The notes under the pieces: model-generated
Seen by the model: the letters and a program-made list of their open reading frames with translations, nothing else
Database searches by the model: none
Told to the model about the DNA's origin: nothing
Assembly: GCA_963667845.2 (NCBI GenBank)
Contig: CAXXVL010000002.1
Coordinates: forward strand, 2,176,001-2,240,000
Origin: Smithellaceae bacterium
GTDB lineage: Bacteria > Desulfobacterota > Syntrophia > Syntrophales > Smithellaceae
DNA length: 64,000 bases
Reading direction: 5' to 3'
In this document: positions 9,508-19,776 of the stretch, one piece after another
How positions within the stretch are numbered: the first letter of the stretch is position 1
Layout of the letters: the number at the start of each line of letters is the position of its first letter
Program-made: the position numbers and the translations under genes

Positions 9508-12500
9508 ATGAAGAAACGCATCCTCATCAAAGTCATTCCGATCACCGTCTTTGTGCTGGCAGTGTTCTTTGCGGCTGCGTGGGCATTTCTGTCCTACCAG
9601 GTGTCGCGTCTCGATGCATTCAAGGAAGACATCACGACCGCCTTGAGCAAGGCACTGGATCGAGACGTGACCTATGAACAGGGCAGGGCCGCCCTGACGC
9701 TCCGCGACGGGCTGTCGATCCGGTTGACCCATCTGGTGATTCGCGAGAAAGACCGCCAGGCAGACTTGCTTAATGTCCGAACCGCTTTTTTCCGGGTGGA
9801 TCTTTTTCCTCTGCTGATCGATCGCGTGACCTTCGGGGAAGTCTTTCTCGATCAGCCCCGTCTGCTTCTGAAGCGGGACAAGACCGGTGCCCTGAACATC
9901 GCCGATCTGCTGTCTCAACAAAAGAAACCGGAACTCCTGAAACTGCGGAAAGTAACCATTGAAGATGGGTCGCTGACCTTCATGGACCAAATGGTCGCCG
10001 CCGAGGGCCTGACGACTCTGTTGACGAATGTGCAATGCCGCATTGAGGCGCAGCATTTCAGCGACGCCTCGGGTTTCAAAATGACCGCCGTGCTTCAGGA
10101 AAATAAAAGTCAGGGAACGCTAACGCTTTCCGGAACCTTTCACCCGGCCTCTTCCGGCAAATCGCTGGAAGAGGGGAGGTGGGATACGACCATCCGGCTG
10201 ACCGGAATGGATATCGCTCATTACCGTTCCTACATGTACACACGGTTGCCCGCGTTGCAGGCGGCCGGACGCCTGAATATGGAAACAACGATTTCCGGAA
10301 CCGCAGCCTCGTTTACGGCAAAAGGGAATATTGCGATAAAAGACACCCGGCTCTCTTATCCGCAGGCATTCCGCAAGACGCTCAAGCCCGAAGTCCTTCA
10401 ATTGGATTACAATATGACACGTGGCAGCGGTCATTTGAACCTGAAGGTCGACCGTCTGGTGGTAGATCGTGTTGCCGTGGCGGGCCATTTCTCGATTACG
10501 GATATGGACAAGGAAGATCCCATTTTCGAAGCCGCCGCTGCAACCTCGACTTTTTCACTTGCCGCAATGCATTCCTATATTCCCTGGGAGATCATCCCGC
10601 CGGGGATCGGACGTTTTATCGAGTCTCATGTCACCGGGGGTGATTTCCGGCTGATCGAAGGGAGAATGAAAGGCAGGCTAAGCCAGATTACCCGCATGAT
10701 GCAGCCGGAAAACGCCGGTGTTCTTTCGATCCGGGCGGAGGTCGCAAACGGGATCTTTACGTTCGGTCCGAAAAGCGAGACGCCCGACTTTCGCGAGATC
10801 AGCGGCGCTCTGGAGTTGAGAAACAGGCAATTTTCGCTCAGGAAAATGACCGGCCGCTTCGGTGCATCACCCTGCCGGCTTGAAGGCGGCATCTCTGATT
10901 TCGCTCTGTCCACGCCGGCGGTTTACAATGCGCAGCTGACCATTGAGCCCGCCAGGCCGGAGGTTCTCTGGCTTCTGGGAAGAGAAAAATTCCACCGTCT
11001 CCAATTCGACGGGACTTCGACACTTCTTCTCTCCGCGAGAGGACCCGCCGACAGCTTCCGAATCAATGCCCAATGGGACCTGACCGGGGCTGCATATGCC
11101 TATCCGGATGTCGTGGAAAAACCTCGCTTGCAGCCCAACCGGTTGTCGGCGGAAATGCTGCTGACGAAAAAAGATTTCAATATTTCTTCCTTTATCGGCG
11201 AGCTGCCGGGCGTGACGCTCACGGGTTCGGCCGGCTATCGCTTCTCGGGCAAAGTCCTGTCGGCGCGTATCCGGTCCAACGAAATTGACCTTGGCCGGGC
11301 ATCGCGATTCCTGCCGGCCCTCGGCAAATACGATCCGGCCGGGACCTTAAAGATCGATCTTGCCGGCCGCAGCGATGTCCCGGAATCCGGCGCTTTTTTC
11401 CGTCAGGGCAGTATTTCGATAAGCGATGTTTCCCTGAAGCCTCCGGGGGCCGCCAAACGGGTCAGCGGTCTCACCGGCGCGGCCTCCTTCAAGGGCGACC
11501 GGATGGAAACATCGGCGATTAAAGGCCGCATCGGTGAAAGCGAAATCCAGATAAAATGCGGCATACGCGATTTCCGAAAACCGAAATTCTCGTGCCGATG
11601 CGATTCGCCGCAGTTGGACGCGGCGGATCTGGGTTTGTCAGGAGAGGACGGCGCGCCGGTTTTCCAGCAGGTCCGGGGACGGATCACACGCGAGGACAAC
11701 CGTCTGAGCGTGAACCGGTTGTCGATGCAACTGGGGAAATCCACGTTCCGGTTCTCCGGGGACATTCTGGATTTTGCGGGCCCCAAAATCGTCGGGGCCC
11801 TGACTTCGCCGTATATCCATGCGGATGACGCTCTGCGCCTGACCGGCCTGAAAAGTTCGAAACCGGGAGACGCCGCCTCGCCGCCGATGGAACTGGACCT
11901 CGCCCTGCAGGTGGAGAGCGGCGTATGCAAGGATGTCGATTTCCGGAAGCTCAAAGCCTCCCTGAAATGGAACCGGGGGATTCTGACAGTCGAAAATCTG
12001 GAAGCTCAGGTGTTGGGCGGCGGCCTTACGGGCAGCGGCCGGATGGAGACCCGCGAAGGATTGCCCAACCGTTTTACGGTTCGCTTTGCGCTTGACCGGG
12101 TATCGCTCGGGTCGCTTTCGGAAACTCTCAAGATCGGTGAACGCACAGTGACGGGAGATCTTTCGCTCACGGGCGATCTGGCGGCCGCTGGGGACAAAAT
12201 GGATGATCTCAAGAAAACTGCCGGCGGCACTTTACGGATCAGAGCGGAAAAGGGTGTTCTCAAAAAGTTTTCCGTGTTGTCCAAAATATTTTCGCTTCTC
12301 AATGTCTCTCAGCTCGTCAGGCTTAGCCTGCCGGATATGGCCAGGGACGGCATGCCCTATAAAACGATCACCGCCAACGTTTCTCTCAAAGAAGGGGTTT
12401 TATCTTCGAACGACTTTCTTATTGACAGCGAGGCGATGAAGATGTCCGGTGCCGGGAGCATCGATCTCATCAGGGAGAAGCTCGATTTCATTGTCGGCGC

Positions 12501-12744
12501 ACATCCTCTGCAAACCCTCGATCGGATCGCTGCGAGAATTCCCATTGCGGGGTGGCTGCTCACCGACGAGGGGGGCAACCTGATCACCGTTCATTTCAAA
12601 GCCACGGGAAGCTGGGATGACCCCGATGTACGGCCCATACCGGTAAGGTCGCTGGCCAAGGGAACCTTCGATACCTTCCGGCGCCTCTTTCAACTGCCGG
12701 AAAAGCTCATCACAGATACCGGGGACGTCATCCTGGGACGCTGA
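9508..12744 (+). CDS. AsmA/YhdP-like bridge protein
   Basis: Single N-terminal TM segment, 1078 aa rich in beta strands, AsmA-type C-terminus (FKATGSWDDPDV). Confidence 0.8.
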   Translation: MKKRILIKVIPITVFVLAVFFAAAWAFLSYQVSRLDAFKEDITTALSKALDRDVTYEQGRAALTLRDGLSIRLTHLVIREKDRQADLLNVRTAFFRVDLFPLLIDRVTFGEVFLDQPRLLLKRDKTGALNIADLLSQQKKPELLKLRKVTIEDGSLTFMDQMVAAEGLTTLLTNVQCRIEAQHFSDASGFKMTAVLQENKSQGTLTLSGTFHPASSGKSLEEGRWDTTIRLTGMDIAHYRSYMYTRLPALQAAGRLNMETTISGTAASFTAKGNIAIKDTRLSYPQAFRKTLKPEVLQLDYNMTRGSGHLNLKVDRLVVDRVAVAGHFSITDMDKEDPIFEAAAATSTFSLAAMHSYIPWEIIPPGIGRFIESHVTGGDFRLIEGRMKGRLSQITRMMQPENAGVLSIRAEVANGIFTFGPKSETPDFREISGALELRNRQFSLRKMTGRFGASPCRLEGGISDFALSTPAVYNAQLTIEPARPEVLWLLGREKFHRLQFDGTSTLLLSARGPADSFRINAQWDLTGAAYAYPDVVEKPRLQPNRLSAEMLLTKKDFNISSFIGELPGVTLTGSAGYRFSGKVLSARIRSNEIDLGRASRFLPALGKYDPAGTLKIDLAGRSDVPESGAFFRQGSISISDVSLKPPGAAKRVSGLTGAASFKGDRMETSAIKGRIGESEIQIKCGIRDFRKPKFSCRCDSPQLDAADLGLSGEDGAPVFQQVRGRITREDNRLSVNRLSMQLGKSTFRFSGDILDFAGPKIVGALTSPYIHADDALRLTGLKSSKPGDAASPPMELDLALQVESGVCKDVDFRKLKASLKWNRGILTVENLEAQVLGGGLTGSGRMETREGLPNRFTVRFALDRVSLGSLSETLKIGERTVTGDLSLTGDLAAAGDKMDDLKKTAGGTLRIRAEKGVLKKFSVLSKIFSLLNVSQLVRLSLPDMARDGMPYKTITANVSLKEGVLSSNDFLIDSEAMKMSGAGSIDLIREKLDFIVGAHPLQTLDRIAARIPIAGWLLTDEGGNLITVHFKATGSWDDPDVRPIPVRSLAKGTFDTFRRLFQLPEKLITDTGDVILGR

Positions 12745-12911
12745 CTCTATGTGAGCGGTGCCCGCGGGCACCGCCGGGGCAGTGCCTCTGGGGTTCTTGT
12801 GTTTTCTTCGCAATGCTTCTTCCAAAAGCGCAATCCGGCGGTTCATTTCGCTGTCGTCCGGACAAAGCCTGCTTCCGATGTCTGTGCTCGGCATGGTCAA
12901 GCCTCATGAAC

Positions 12912-13079
12912 TCAGCAACCGCCGGGTCCGCAGGCGGTTCCCGGCGCCACGAAGATTGTCCATAATGAGAAAACAATGATGAACAGAGCAGAGGGAATGG
13001 CTATAAACGCAAAAAATTTAGCGATAATGTCGGTTACGTCTTCGTCTTCTTTGATTTCACGGAGCATACTTTTATTCAT
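12912..13079 (-). CDS. Small single-TM protein ending in CGPGGC (55 aa)
   Basis: Manual translation MNKSMLREIKEDEDVTDIIAKFFAFIAIPSALFIIVFSLWTIFVAPGTACGPGGC*. Confidence 0.5.
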   Translation of the reverse strand: MNKSMLREIKEDEDVTDIIAKFFAFIAIPSALFIIVFSLWTIFVAPGTACGPGGC

Positions 13080-13124
13080 GCCGCACATCCTTGTTTTGGA
13101 TTCCCATTTTGTTTTTTTGCTGCG

Positions 13125-13538
13125 TTATTTATTCAACGTCAATTCCGCATAATACTCGTTGTCCTCCGCCGTGTGCTTAACCGGTTCAGCTCCTTGGGAC
13201 GGATAAATAAATTGACATTTGCTGCCTTGTTGATTGTAAAAATAGGGCGTCTTTCCCTCTTCATAAATGACCACTGCCGGATTTCCGTGATATCTGTATA
13301 ACCGTTTCCCTTCCAGCCGGGCAGTCTCCGGCCTGAAAGATTCCTCCAATGCCTGTCTGTAAGCATCGGAGGATATCTGCCCGTCAATAGGGGCCGCTGA
13401 AGATTGCAGATAAAGATAAGACATGGCGCCGAGAAATACGGAAATTAAGAGCAATGATGACATGATGGTCATATTGAGGTTTCGTATTTGCAGCCCAACG
13501 ATCAGTTTCTCGAATTTTATTTTGGTCGTCTTTATCAT
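13125..13538 (-). CDS. Hypothetical membrane-anchored protein
   Basis: 137-aa ORF with one TM segment, on the same strand as its neighbours. Confidence 0.55.
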   Translation of the reverse strand: MIKTTKIKFEKLIVGLQIRNLNMTIMSSLLLISVFLGAMSYLYLQSSAAPIDGQISSDAYRQALEESFRPETARLEGKRLYRYHGNPAVVIYEEGKTPYFYNQQGSKCQFIYPSQGAEPVKHTAEDNEYYAELTLNK

Positions 13539-13786
13539 GAACTGCTTTCTCGCTTACACAAATATCAAGGTCGCTTCCGCAGGTGCAACGCAATAACTTG
13601 TCAGTTTGTCGGTTCAATCGCACAGGGCCCGGGCGATATGAAAATATCCCTTTGGGGCCTGAAACCCGGTGCTTCTGTGATGCGACGAACTCAAAAGGAA
13701 TACGCACGCTCTTTGCGCAGAGCTTTGGGCAGCCATTTCATGGACAGCCGGCTGTTTTCTCGCAAAGCCGATTGCGAATCCACCAT

Positions 13787-13936
13787 TCAGACGACTCTCC
13801 GCCCCTGAATGACTCTGACCAACACGATGATAATGGCGACGACCAGCAGAACGTGAATAAAATTACCCAGTGTATAGCCGGTTACCAGTCCCAGGGCCCA
13901 CAAAATTAACAGCACAACAGCAATAGTCCACAACAT
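13787..13936 (-). CDS. lmo0937-family small membrane protein (49 aa)
   Basis: MLWTIAVVLLILWALGLVTGYTLGNFIHVLLVVAIIIVLVRVIQGRRVV*, AGAGGAG RBS; absent from the ORF track. Confidence 0.9.
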   Translation of the reverse strand: MLWTIAVVLLILWALGLVTGYTLGNFIHVLLVVAIIIVLVRVIQGRRVV

Positions 13937-14121
13937 GGGTTTCTCCTCTTTGATGATTTGTTCTCATTGCCTTCCCGCTCGCACTGCGCAGGAAGACAAT
14001 GAGCGGTTAATTGGTCTCATGCTACCCGGACGGTCATCTTGGTCTCTTAATTCTCCACACCACTTTAGTCGCAATGTTTTATGCCTTGCGGAGTCCTGTT
14101 GTTAACGGATGCCGGGGCAAG

Positions 14122-14229
14122 TCAGCGCAGCAGCGCGAAAATGCCGATGGTAATGAGATAAATGGTGGCGATGTAACTCAACATCGGGACCTGGTCTCTC
14201 GAGCAGGGTTGCATGATGTTCACTTTCAT
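14122..14229 (-). pseudogene. Degenerate or truncated DUF3096-like small protein
   Basis: MKVNIMQPCSRDQVPMLSYIATIYLITIGIFALLR*; its C-terminal half matches 19777-19911 but the first TM helix is missing. Confidence 0.55.
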
Positions 14230-14245
14230 GGTGCTTCTCCTTCGT

Positions 14246-14569
14246 TTATTTCACGATCAGATTGTTCTTGATGGATTTGACCCCTTTGACGCTCTTGACG
14301 ATTTCATCCGCTTTATCGACGGCCTTCCGGGAATTAACAAAGCCGCTCAGCTGAACCGTGCCCTGATAAGTTTCAACACTGATCTGAAACGACTTAAGCA
14401 GATCGTCTGCTGCCAGCAGGGATTTTATTTTGGTTGTGATGACCGAATCGTCAACGTATTCCCCCGTGCTTTCCCGTGTGGGTGTCGCTGCGCAGGCCGC
14501 CAGGGTCGCGATCACTGCCAGAAGCAATAAAATGCTTAAAAACTGTCTAACGATAGGTTTCTTTTTCAT
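14246..14569 (-). CDS. BON-domain lipoprotein (OsmY-like)
   Basis: Lipobox LAAC; GEYVDDSVITTKIK and VQLSGFV. Confidence 0.93.
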   Translation of the reverse strand: MKKKPIVRQFLSILLLLAVIATLAACAATPTRESTGEYVDDSVITTKIKSLLAADDLLKSFQISVETYQGTVQLSGFVNSRKAVDKADEIVKSVKGVKSIKNNLIVK

Positions 14570-14574
14570 GGCGG

Positions 14575-14871
14575 TTACTCCTCTCTAATAAGTTTAACGG
14601 TGTAATGGTTCCTTTCATACGGCTCCCGGAGAAGGTTCATGGCCCCCCGGATAACACTGAAAGACTCCGACTTCAGATGGGTCATAAGATCTTCCTGGGT
14701 ATCCCATTCTTCAAGAAGAAAGAGCCGATTTTCATCGTCGATGCTCTGGCAGCAATCGCAGCGTCTGCATCCCTTCTCCTTCCTGATCGAACCGGTGAGT
14801 GAGGCAATCGTCTGTGACAACTCCATTCGTTTCTCAGAGACAACCTTCATTCGTGTGACGACAAGGATCAT
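14575..14871 (-). CDS. ABM-family (putative quinol monooxygenase) protein
   Basis: RKEKGC...LLEEWDTQEDLMTHLKS pattern; start could instead be 14889. Confidence 0.8.
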   Translation of the reverse strand: MILVVTRMKVVSEKRMELSQTIASLTGSIRKEKGCRRCDCCQSIDDENRLFLLEEWDTQEDLMTHLKSESFSVIRGAMNLLREPYERNHYTVKLIREE

Positions 14872-14918
14872 AAAAAAACCTTTTTTCATGTAAGTAGGCT
14901 CACTCATAGTAATGTGAT

Positions 14919-15067
14919 AGCAAGGAGTCTGCCAACAGCCGCAGGCGAATTTTAATTTTGAATTAATTCATTAATAACATGAGGTTGGGTTAAAAAGAGA
15001 GACCTGCGGATTGGCTGCGAATAATCCTTTTGGCCTCAGCATTTGGCGGAGCCTCAATATTTTGAGG
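14919..15067 (-). promoter_or_regulatory. Sigma-54 promoter cassette 1
   Basis: -24/-12 TTGGCAGACTCCTTGCT (14935-14919); IHF-like TAACATGAGGTTG at 14975; UAS pair CCTCAGCATTTGGCGG at 15034 and CCTCAATATTTTGAGG at 15052. Confidence 0.9.
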
Positions 15068-17374
15068 GACCCTTTTTGCGCGTGCCGATACTGTTTCAAT
15101 CAGATCACCGTTTAAATAATTATTGATATTTTGTTCCATTTGTTCCGGAAACGCAGGCACGGGCCCGGCCAGCGCTTTGCCGTATACGGCCAGCATGATT
15201 TTTCTGAACACGGGGAGCGCGACTCTGCCGCCTGTCTCTTTGTGTCCGAGGGAGCGATTGTCGTCAAAACCGATGCGCACGGCAATGGTGATTCCTTGAG
15301 GGCCGTAAGTGGAGCCCACGAAGAGCGCATCCCGGAAGTCATTGGTCGTTCCGGTCTTTCCCATCACGGGGATCGGAAAGCGGCCTGTGTCCAACGAATG
15401 GGCCGTCCCGGAAGGCATGCGGACAATACCGCGCAGGCCCTCTTGAATGAGGGCAAGCGAGGAGAGGCTGACGGCGACCGGCGGACCGCTGTGTTCTTTA
15501 TCGGTTAGCACCTCGCCGGAACTGCGCACGATCTTCCGGATGACATACGGTTTTGCGTAAATGCCCGAGGCCATAATACGATATGCATTGGCCAACTCGA
15601 GCAAATTCACTTCGGATGCACCCAGCGCCGTTGTGGCGTATGGCTGCAGCGGTGTCCGGATCCCCAGGCGCCGCGCCGTCCACATAACGTTTTCCATTCC
15701 GATCTGTTCGGCGATCCAAACCGCCACGGCGTTTCTGGATTGTGACAGGGCTTCCCGGAGGGGGATCATGCCTTTGAATTGGCCATCATAGTTGGCGATC
15801 CATTTTATCTTCCGGTCTCCTGTGTCGGGAACGCTGATGGGTTCGTCGGGAACCAGTGTATCCAGATTGAACATCCCCTGTTGAAAAGCAGCAAGGTAGA
15901 CAATCGGTTTCATTGCGGAACCCGGTTGCCGGAGAGATTGTGTCACGCGGTTGAAGTCGCTGTAAAGGCTGGGACGGTCCCGGTAGAGCTTGCGGCCGCC
16001 CGTTTCGGCGAGAATGCCGGCATCGTGGTTTCTCAGCACAACGACGGAACCCTGGATCAGTCCTTTGGCGGCCGGACGCCGCTTCTCGTAAAGGGCGAGG
16101 CCCTGCTCAAGGGCATCGTCGACAATTTGCTGCACCCGGGAGTCCACTGTCGAGTAAACCTGGATGCGGCCTTGCAGGAGGTCTTCCATACTGAGGTCGG
16201 CATGACAGTCCTTAATTTCTTCCAGAACATTTCCAACGACCGCAGGTCCCCGCGACGCCTTGTTCTTGCGCTTTCCGGATACCCGAATCGGGCGCTCTCT
16301 CGCGGCGGTCGCCTGATCTTTGGAAATAAAACCGCCGGCCGCCATCAGGGCCAGGATTTGATTTCTCCGGTGCAGGATTTTCCCGGTGTCTTTTGCATCG
16401 GGCGCGTAGTGGCGAGGCGACTTGGCGATGGAGGCGAGCAGGGCCGCCAGGTCCGCGTCATCCGCAGTGAAGGTAGCGAGAGGCCGGCCGAAATAGTATT
16501 CCGCCGCCGCCGCAAATCCGTACTGACCGTTTCCCAGGTAAATCAAACTGGCGTAGCGGGCCAGGATTTCTTCCTTGGCGCGGCGCTTCGAACCGAAATG
16601 CTTCTGCATTTCATTTTCGACCCACAAAGACAGTCTGATCTCCTCGATCTTCCTCACCAGCATGTTGATGCTTTGTGAGCCGATCAGGTAGGACAGCGCC
16701 CGGGGTAAGAGCCGGCCGTTCAGAAGTTCATCGCTGTTTTCCCGTGCCGTCATAGTCTGGAAAATGGTCAGGTCCTTGAGAAAATGACACCGTATGAGCT
16801 GTTGGGTGATGGTCGATCCGCCGTGCGGAAAGATCGCCTCGCTCTTCACCTCGTCTTCCCGGCTTAATGTTGTCATCCGGGCCGCCAGAGTCGCAAACCT
16901 GATCTTGCTGAGGACGCGGGGAATGACGGAATAGTCAACGCCGCCATGGGTGAAGAAATTCTTGTCCTCGGCGGCGAGGATTGCATCGCGAACGATGGGC
17001 GGGATGTCCGCATACATGGTGTTGAGCCGGTACTCCCGGGCGATCTCCATGAGCGGCTGATCGGAGGCATCGTAAACACGGCCGATGGTCGGAAACTCAA
17101 AGCGGGTCAATGGTTCCAGGGCAGGCAGGTTGGTTCGGTCAAAATAGATATGATAAAATCCCAGTGCAGCAAGCGTGGTGGTCACGATGGTCATGCAAAT
17201 CAGAACACAAATGAGGCCTCGCTTCCAGCTGAGTCCGCCCAGAACTTCGCGGATGCGCCCGATTTTGCGCGCCACCGACCGGGAACCCCCCGGATGGCCG
17301 ATCATGTCGCCGCGAGCGAATGGATGATCAGCACGGTCCAGTCGGGATTCCTTTTTTTTATTTTTCTGTAACAC
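14990..17374 (-). CDS. Class A penicillin-binding protein (transglycosylase-transpeptidase)
   Basis: EDKNFFTHGGVD, GSTITQQL, PGSAMKP (SxxK), SRN, KTGTT; start uncertain. Confidence 0.9.
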   Translation of the reverse strand: MLQKNKKKESRLDRADHPFARGDMIGHPGGSRSVARKIGRIREVLGGLSWKRGLICVLICMTIVTTTLAALGFYHIYFDRTNLPALEPLTRFEFPTIGRVYDASDQPLMEIAREYRLNTMYADIPPIVRDAILAAEDKNFFTHGGVDYSVIPRVLSKIRFATLAARMTTLSREDEVKSEAIFPHGGSTITQQLIRCHFLKDLTIFQTMTARENSDELLNGRLLPRALSYLIGSQSINMLVRKIEEIRLSLWVENEMQKHFGSKRRAKEEILARYASLIYLGNGQYGFAAAAEYYFGRPLATFTADDADLAALLASIAKSPRHYAPDAKDTGKILHRRNQILALMAAGGFISKDQATAARERPIRVSGKRKNKASRGPAVVGNVLEEIKDCHADLSMEDLLQGRIQVYSTVDSRVQQIVDDALEQGLALYEKRRPAAKGLIQGSVVVLRNHDAGILAETGGRKLYRDRPSLYSDFNRVTQSLRQPGSAMKPIVYLAAFQQGMFNLDTLVPDEPISVPDTGDRKIKWIANYDGQFKGMIPLREALSQSRNAVAVWIAEQIGMENVMWTARRLGIRTPLQPYATTALGASEVNLLELANAYRIMASGIYAKPYVIRKIVRSSGEVLTDKEHSGPPVAVSLSSLALIQEGLRGIVRMPSGTAHSLDTGRFPIPVMGKTGTTNDFRDALFVGSTYGPQGITIAVRIGFDDNRSLGHKETGGRVALPVFRKIMLAVYGKALAGPVPAFPEQMEQNINNYLNGDLIETVSARAKRVPQNIEAPPNAEAKRIIRSQSAGLSF

Positions 17375-17693
17375 CGGCTTCGGCCTGTTTCTTCTCGCCC
17401 TGGGCCAAAATTTCTTTCGTCTTCCGGCGAGCCTCCGAGAAATGCCGATCGGCGTCCTTCTTCAGCTCCGTCGCCTGATGTCCGGCTTCCTCAGCGATCT
17501 GCTTTGCTTTCGAACTGGCGTCGGCATACCTTTCCTTTGCATCGTTTAAAACCGCGTTCCCTTTTTCCTTGATATCAGACCGCAGTTCTTTCCCGGATTT
17601 CGGCGCGAATAAAATGCCTGCCAATACGCCCAAAACCCCGCCGATCAATAATCCGGCGAATAAATGACTATGGGGTGTTTCGTGTTCGGTCAT
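17358..17693 (-). CDS. YtxH-domain protein
   Basis: GLLIGGVLGVLAGILFAPKSGKELRSDI; start MTEHET after the GGGAG RBS. Confidence 0.9.
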   Translation of the reverse strand: MTEHETPHSHLFAGLLIGGVLGVLAGILFAPKSGKELRSDIKEKGNAVLNDAKERYADASSKAKQIAEEAGHQATELKKDADRHFSEARRKTKEILAQGEKKQAEAGVTEK

Positions 17694-17758
17694 ACTAAAT
17701 TCTCCCTTCTTTTCGTTAATAGTATTGTTCAAAAGATGCGCAAACCAATTTTCTTTTT

Positions 17759-18100
17759 TTAGTTGTCCGGTTTCGTGCAGGATTTCAACTTGCCGTCGAT
17801 GAAAAATGAAATTAATCCATTTTGCTGGCATTTAACCATGCCGATGCTGGTCGATTTGGCGAGCACGCAGGATTCCAGGCTGTCGTTATTGTAAAAATTA
17901 ATGGCTGTGTTGCTTTTACATTGGATGCCGTTCACATCGTAATCACTTTTGAGTTGGCAAGTTTGCAGAGATCCATTGTTATAAAGCAAAATTTTTGTGC
18001 CGGAATGACAAATGGATTGGTCGGCGGCGAAGACAGTAAAACCGGCTGCTAAAAATGTCAGGAGCAAACCCTCGAAAAGCAAAATTTTCAAAACGTTCAT
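17759..18100 (-). CDS. Secreted Cys-containing repeat protein
   Basis: Signal peptide; three internal repeats (YNNGSLQTCQL, YNNDSLESCVL, FIDGKLKSC). Confidence 0.7.
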   Translation of the reverse strand: MNVLKILLFEGLLLTFLAAGFTVFAADQSICHSGTKILLYNNGSLQTCQLKSDYDVNGIQCKSNTAINFYNNDSLESCVLAKSTSIGMVKCQQNGLISFFIDGKLKSCTKPDN

Positions 18101-18171
18101 AAAGCAGGACCTCCTTTAGAAAGACCTCTCCTTTTTCGTACCCATGCCCGGCCGTCTCTCCAAGTCATCAT

Positions 18172-18319
18172 TGCAAGTGGCTTGCCATCGGCGGAAGAAA
18201 ATTATAATTTAATATTCTAAGTGTAATAACAGCGAGTTAGTCTAAGAGGGCTAAACGTCATAGAAGCAAGAAAACGTTTGCTTGACCTCCATATTTGGCG
18301 GAGCCACAGCATGTTGAGG
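18172..18319 (-). promoter_or_regulatory. Sigma-54 promoter cassette 2
   Basis: ATGGCAAGCCACTTGCA (18188-18172); IHF-like TAACAGCGAGTTA at 18227; UAS CCTCCATATTTGGCGG at 18286 and CCACAGCATGTTGAGG at 18304. Confidence 0.88.
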
Positions 18320-18443
18320 GACGCCCGGTCAAGATGGTTGAGCGGACGCGGTCGGCATCAAAGCTTTGGTACATGAATGAATACTGAAGGACGTTCTTCT
18401 AGGGCGGGAGCGCGGGAGCCCTAACTGCCTGCCCTGAAGAGCT

Positions 18444-18794
18444 TCAACGATATTCCTTTAATTTTTCTCGGAAGTACTTTTCTGACGTAATGGTTTTTCC
18501 ATCAGACAATCTGATCAGATACGGTTTGCCCGAGACAGAAGATTTTGATGCGATGAGCCTGATAAAATCATCAGCGGTTTTGACCACCAAAACGTTTTGA
18601 AGTTTCATTCGTAAATGCTTTGCAGCTTCCTGTCCGTTATACTCCGAGCCGTTTCTGATAAATTTGGCGTCCTTTAAATTCTCCACCGCTGATATTAAGA
18701 ACTCGATTTTATTTCTTTCAATATCATTTTGAGCGCTCACCGTTCCGATAAACAGCACCAGGACGATAAATGCCGCGACCATTATCTTTTTCAT
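18444..18794 (-). CDS. DUF5329/YfeK-like secreted protein
   Basis: Signal peptide; FIRNGSEY..AAKHLRMK, SKSSVSGKPY. Confidence 0.8.
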   Translation of the reverse strand: MKKIMVAAFIVLVLFIGTVSAQNDIERNKIEFLISAVENLKDAKFIRNGSEYNGQEAAKHLRMKLQNVLVVKTADDFIRLIASKSSVSGKPYLIRLSDGKTITSEKYFREKLKEYR

Positions 18795-18900
18795 ACTTGC
18801 TTCCTTAAATTGAATCTGACAACTTACTCCTCAGAAGTGACGGGCCGATCCTAAGAGTGCAAATCCGCACACGTTCGGTTTTCCCCGGGAATCCGCTACT

Positions 18901-19188
18901 TCACCTCGGTTTCTGCTTCGACTGCCCCCCGGCATAAAACTCTTCTTCAGCGGGGGCAAGTTCGTGGAGCAATCGCTGAAACTCTCCCGCATGCCTGTTT
19001 TCCTGGTCCGCTATGTCCGTGAGCACTTCCACCGCAAGCCTGTTGTCGGTCGATGCGGCAAGCTGCATGTACAACTCGATGGTTTTGTGCTCTGAGGCCA
19101 CCATAAAACGAATTGCTCTGATAAGCTCGTCCTCTGTGAGTTTTCTTTCCCTGGCCGACCCGGAAAAGGCTGATCCTGAATCCGGCAT
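18901..19188 (-). CDS. Small ferritin-like (rubrerythrin/encapsulated-ferritin-type) protein, divergent
   Basis: RKLTEDELIRAIRFMVASE..IELY..DIADQENRHAGEF. Confidence 0.75.
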   Translation of the reverse strand: MPDSGSAFSGSARERKLTEDELIRAIRFMVASEHKTIELYMQLAASTDNRLAVEVLTDIADQENRHAGEFQRLLHELAPAEEEFYAGGQSKQKPR

Positions 19189-19235
19189 GCTGATCCCCCT
19201 TTATTTTCTCTTTTCGGGTGAGTGCCTGATGGCAA

Positions 19236-19685
19236 TCACGCCCTCACAATAAGCACGGGAATGCTTTTATCATTGTGGATAACACCATAGGAAACACTGC
19301 CCAGAACAGTGGCGGATAAAGCGCTCCGGCCGTGGGAGCCCATGACAAGAAGATCGGACTTGGATTTTTTCGCCTCTTTTACAATCACCTCCACCGGATG
19401 CCCCGTCTTGATCAAAATCGTCGAGGCAACGCCGTTTGTATCACACAGTTTCTTAATTTCTCCGGCGTAGCTTTCGGCAGCTTCTTTCAGATAATCCTCA
19501 AGGGGTTCTATCGTGTGCCTCGGTGTTTCCGACGCGGGAGCTGTCTGGGCGATAAGTGAGCGCTGATCAATAACGGAGAGGATAATAATGGAGGCTTTCA
19601 ATTGCGAGGCGAGGTCAACGGCATACTCGGCCGCCCTTTGAGCTGCTTTGGATCCGTCCGATGGTACAAGAATTTTTGAAATCAT
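19236..19685 (-). CDS. Universal stress protein
   Basis: KILVPSDGS, DLLVMGSHGRS...LGSVS. Confidence 0.95.
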   Translation of the reverse strand: MISKILVPSDGSKAAQRAAEYAVDLASQLKASIIILSVIDQRSLIAQTAPASETPRHTIEPLEDYLKEAAESYAGEIKKLCDTNGVASTILIKTGHPVEVIVKEAKKSKSDLLVMGSHGRSALSATVLGSVSYGVIHNDKSIPVLIVRA

Positions 19686-19776
19686 ATATCCTCCTTTGAT
19701 CGTCAAAAGAATAGTCAGGGAGCAGGATTCGCTTGATGAGAACCTGCTCTATTATTTCAGATGATGCGCAAGTCCG

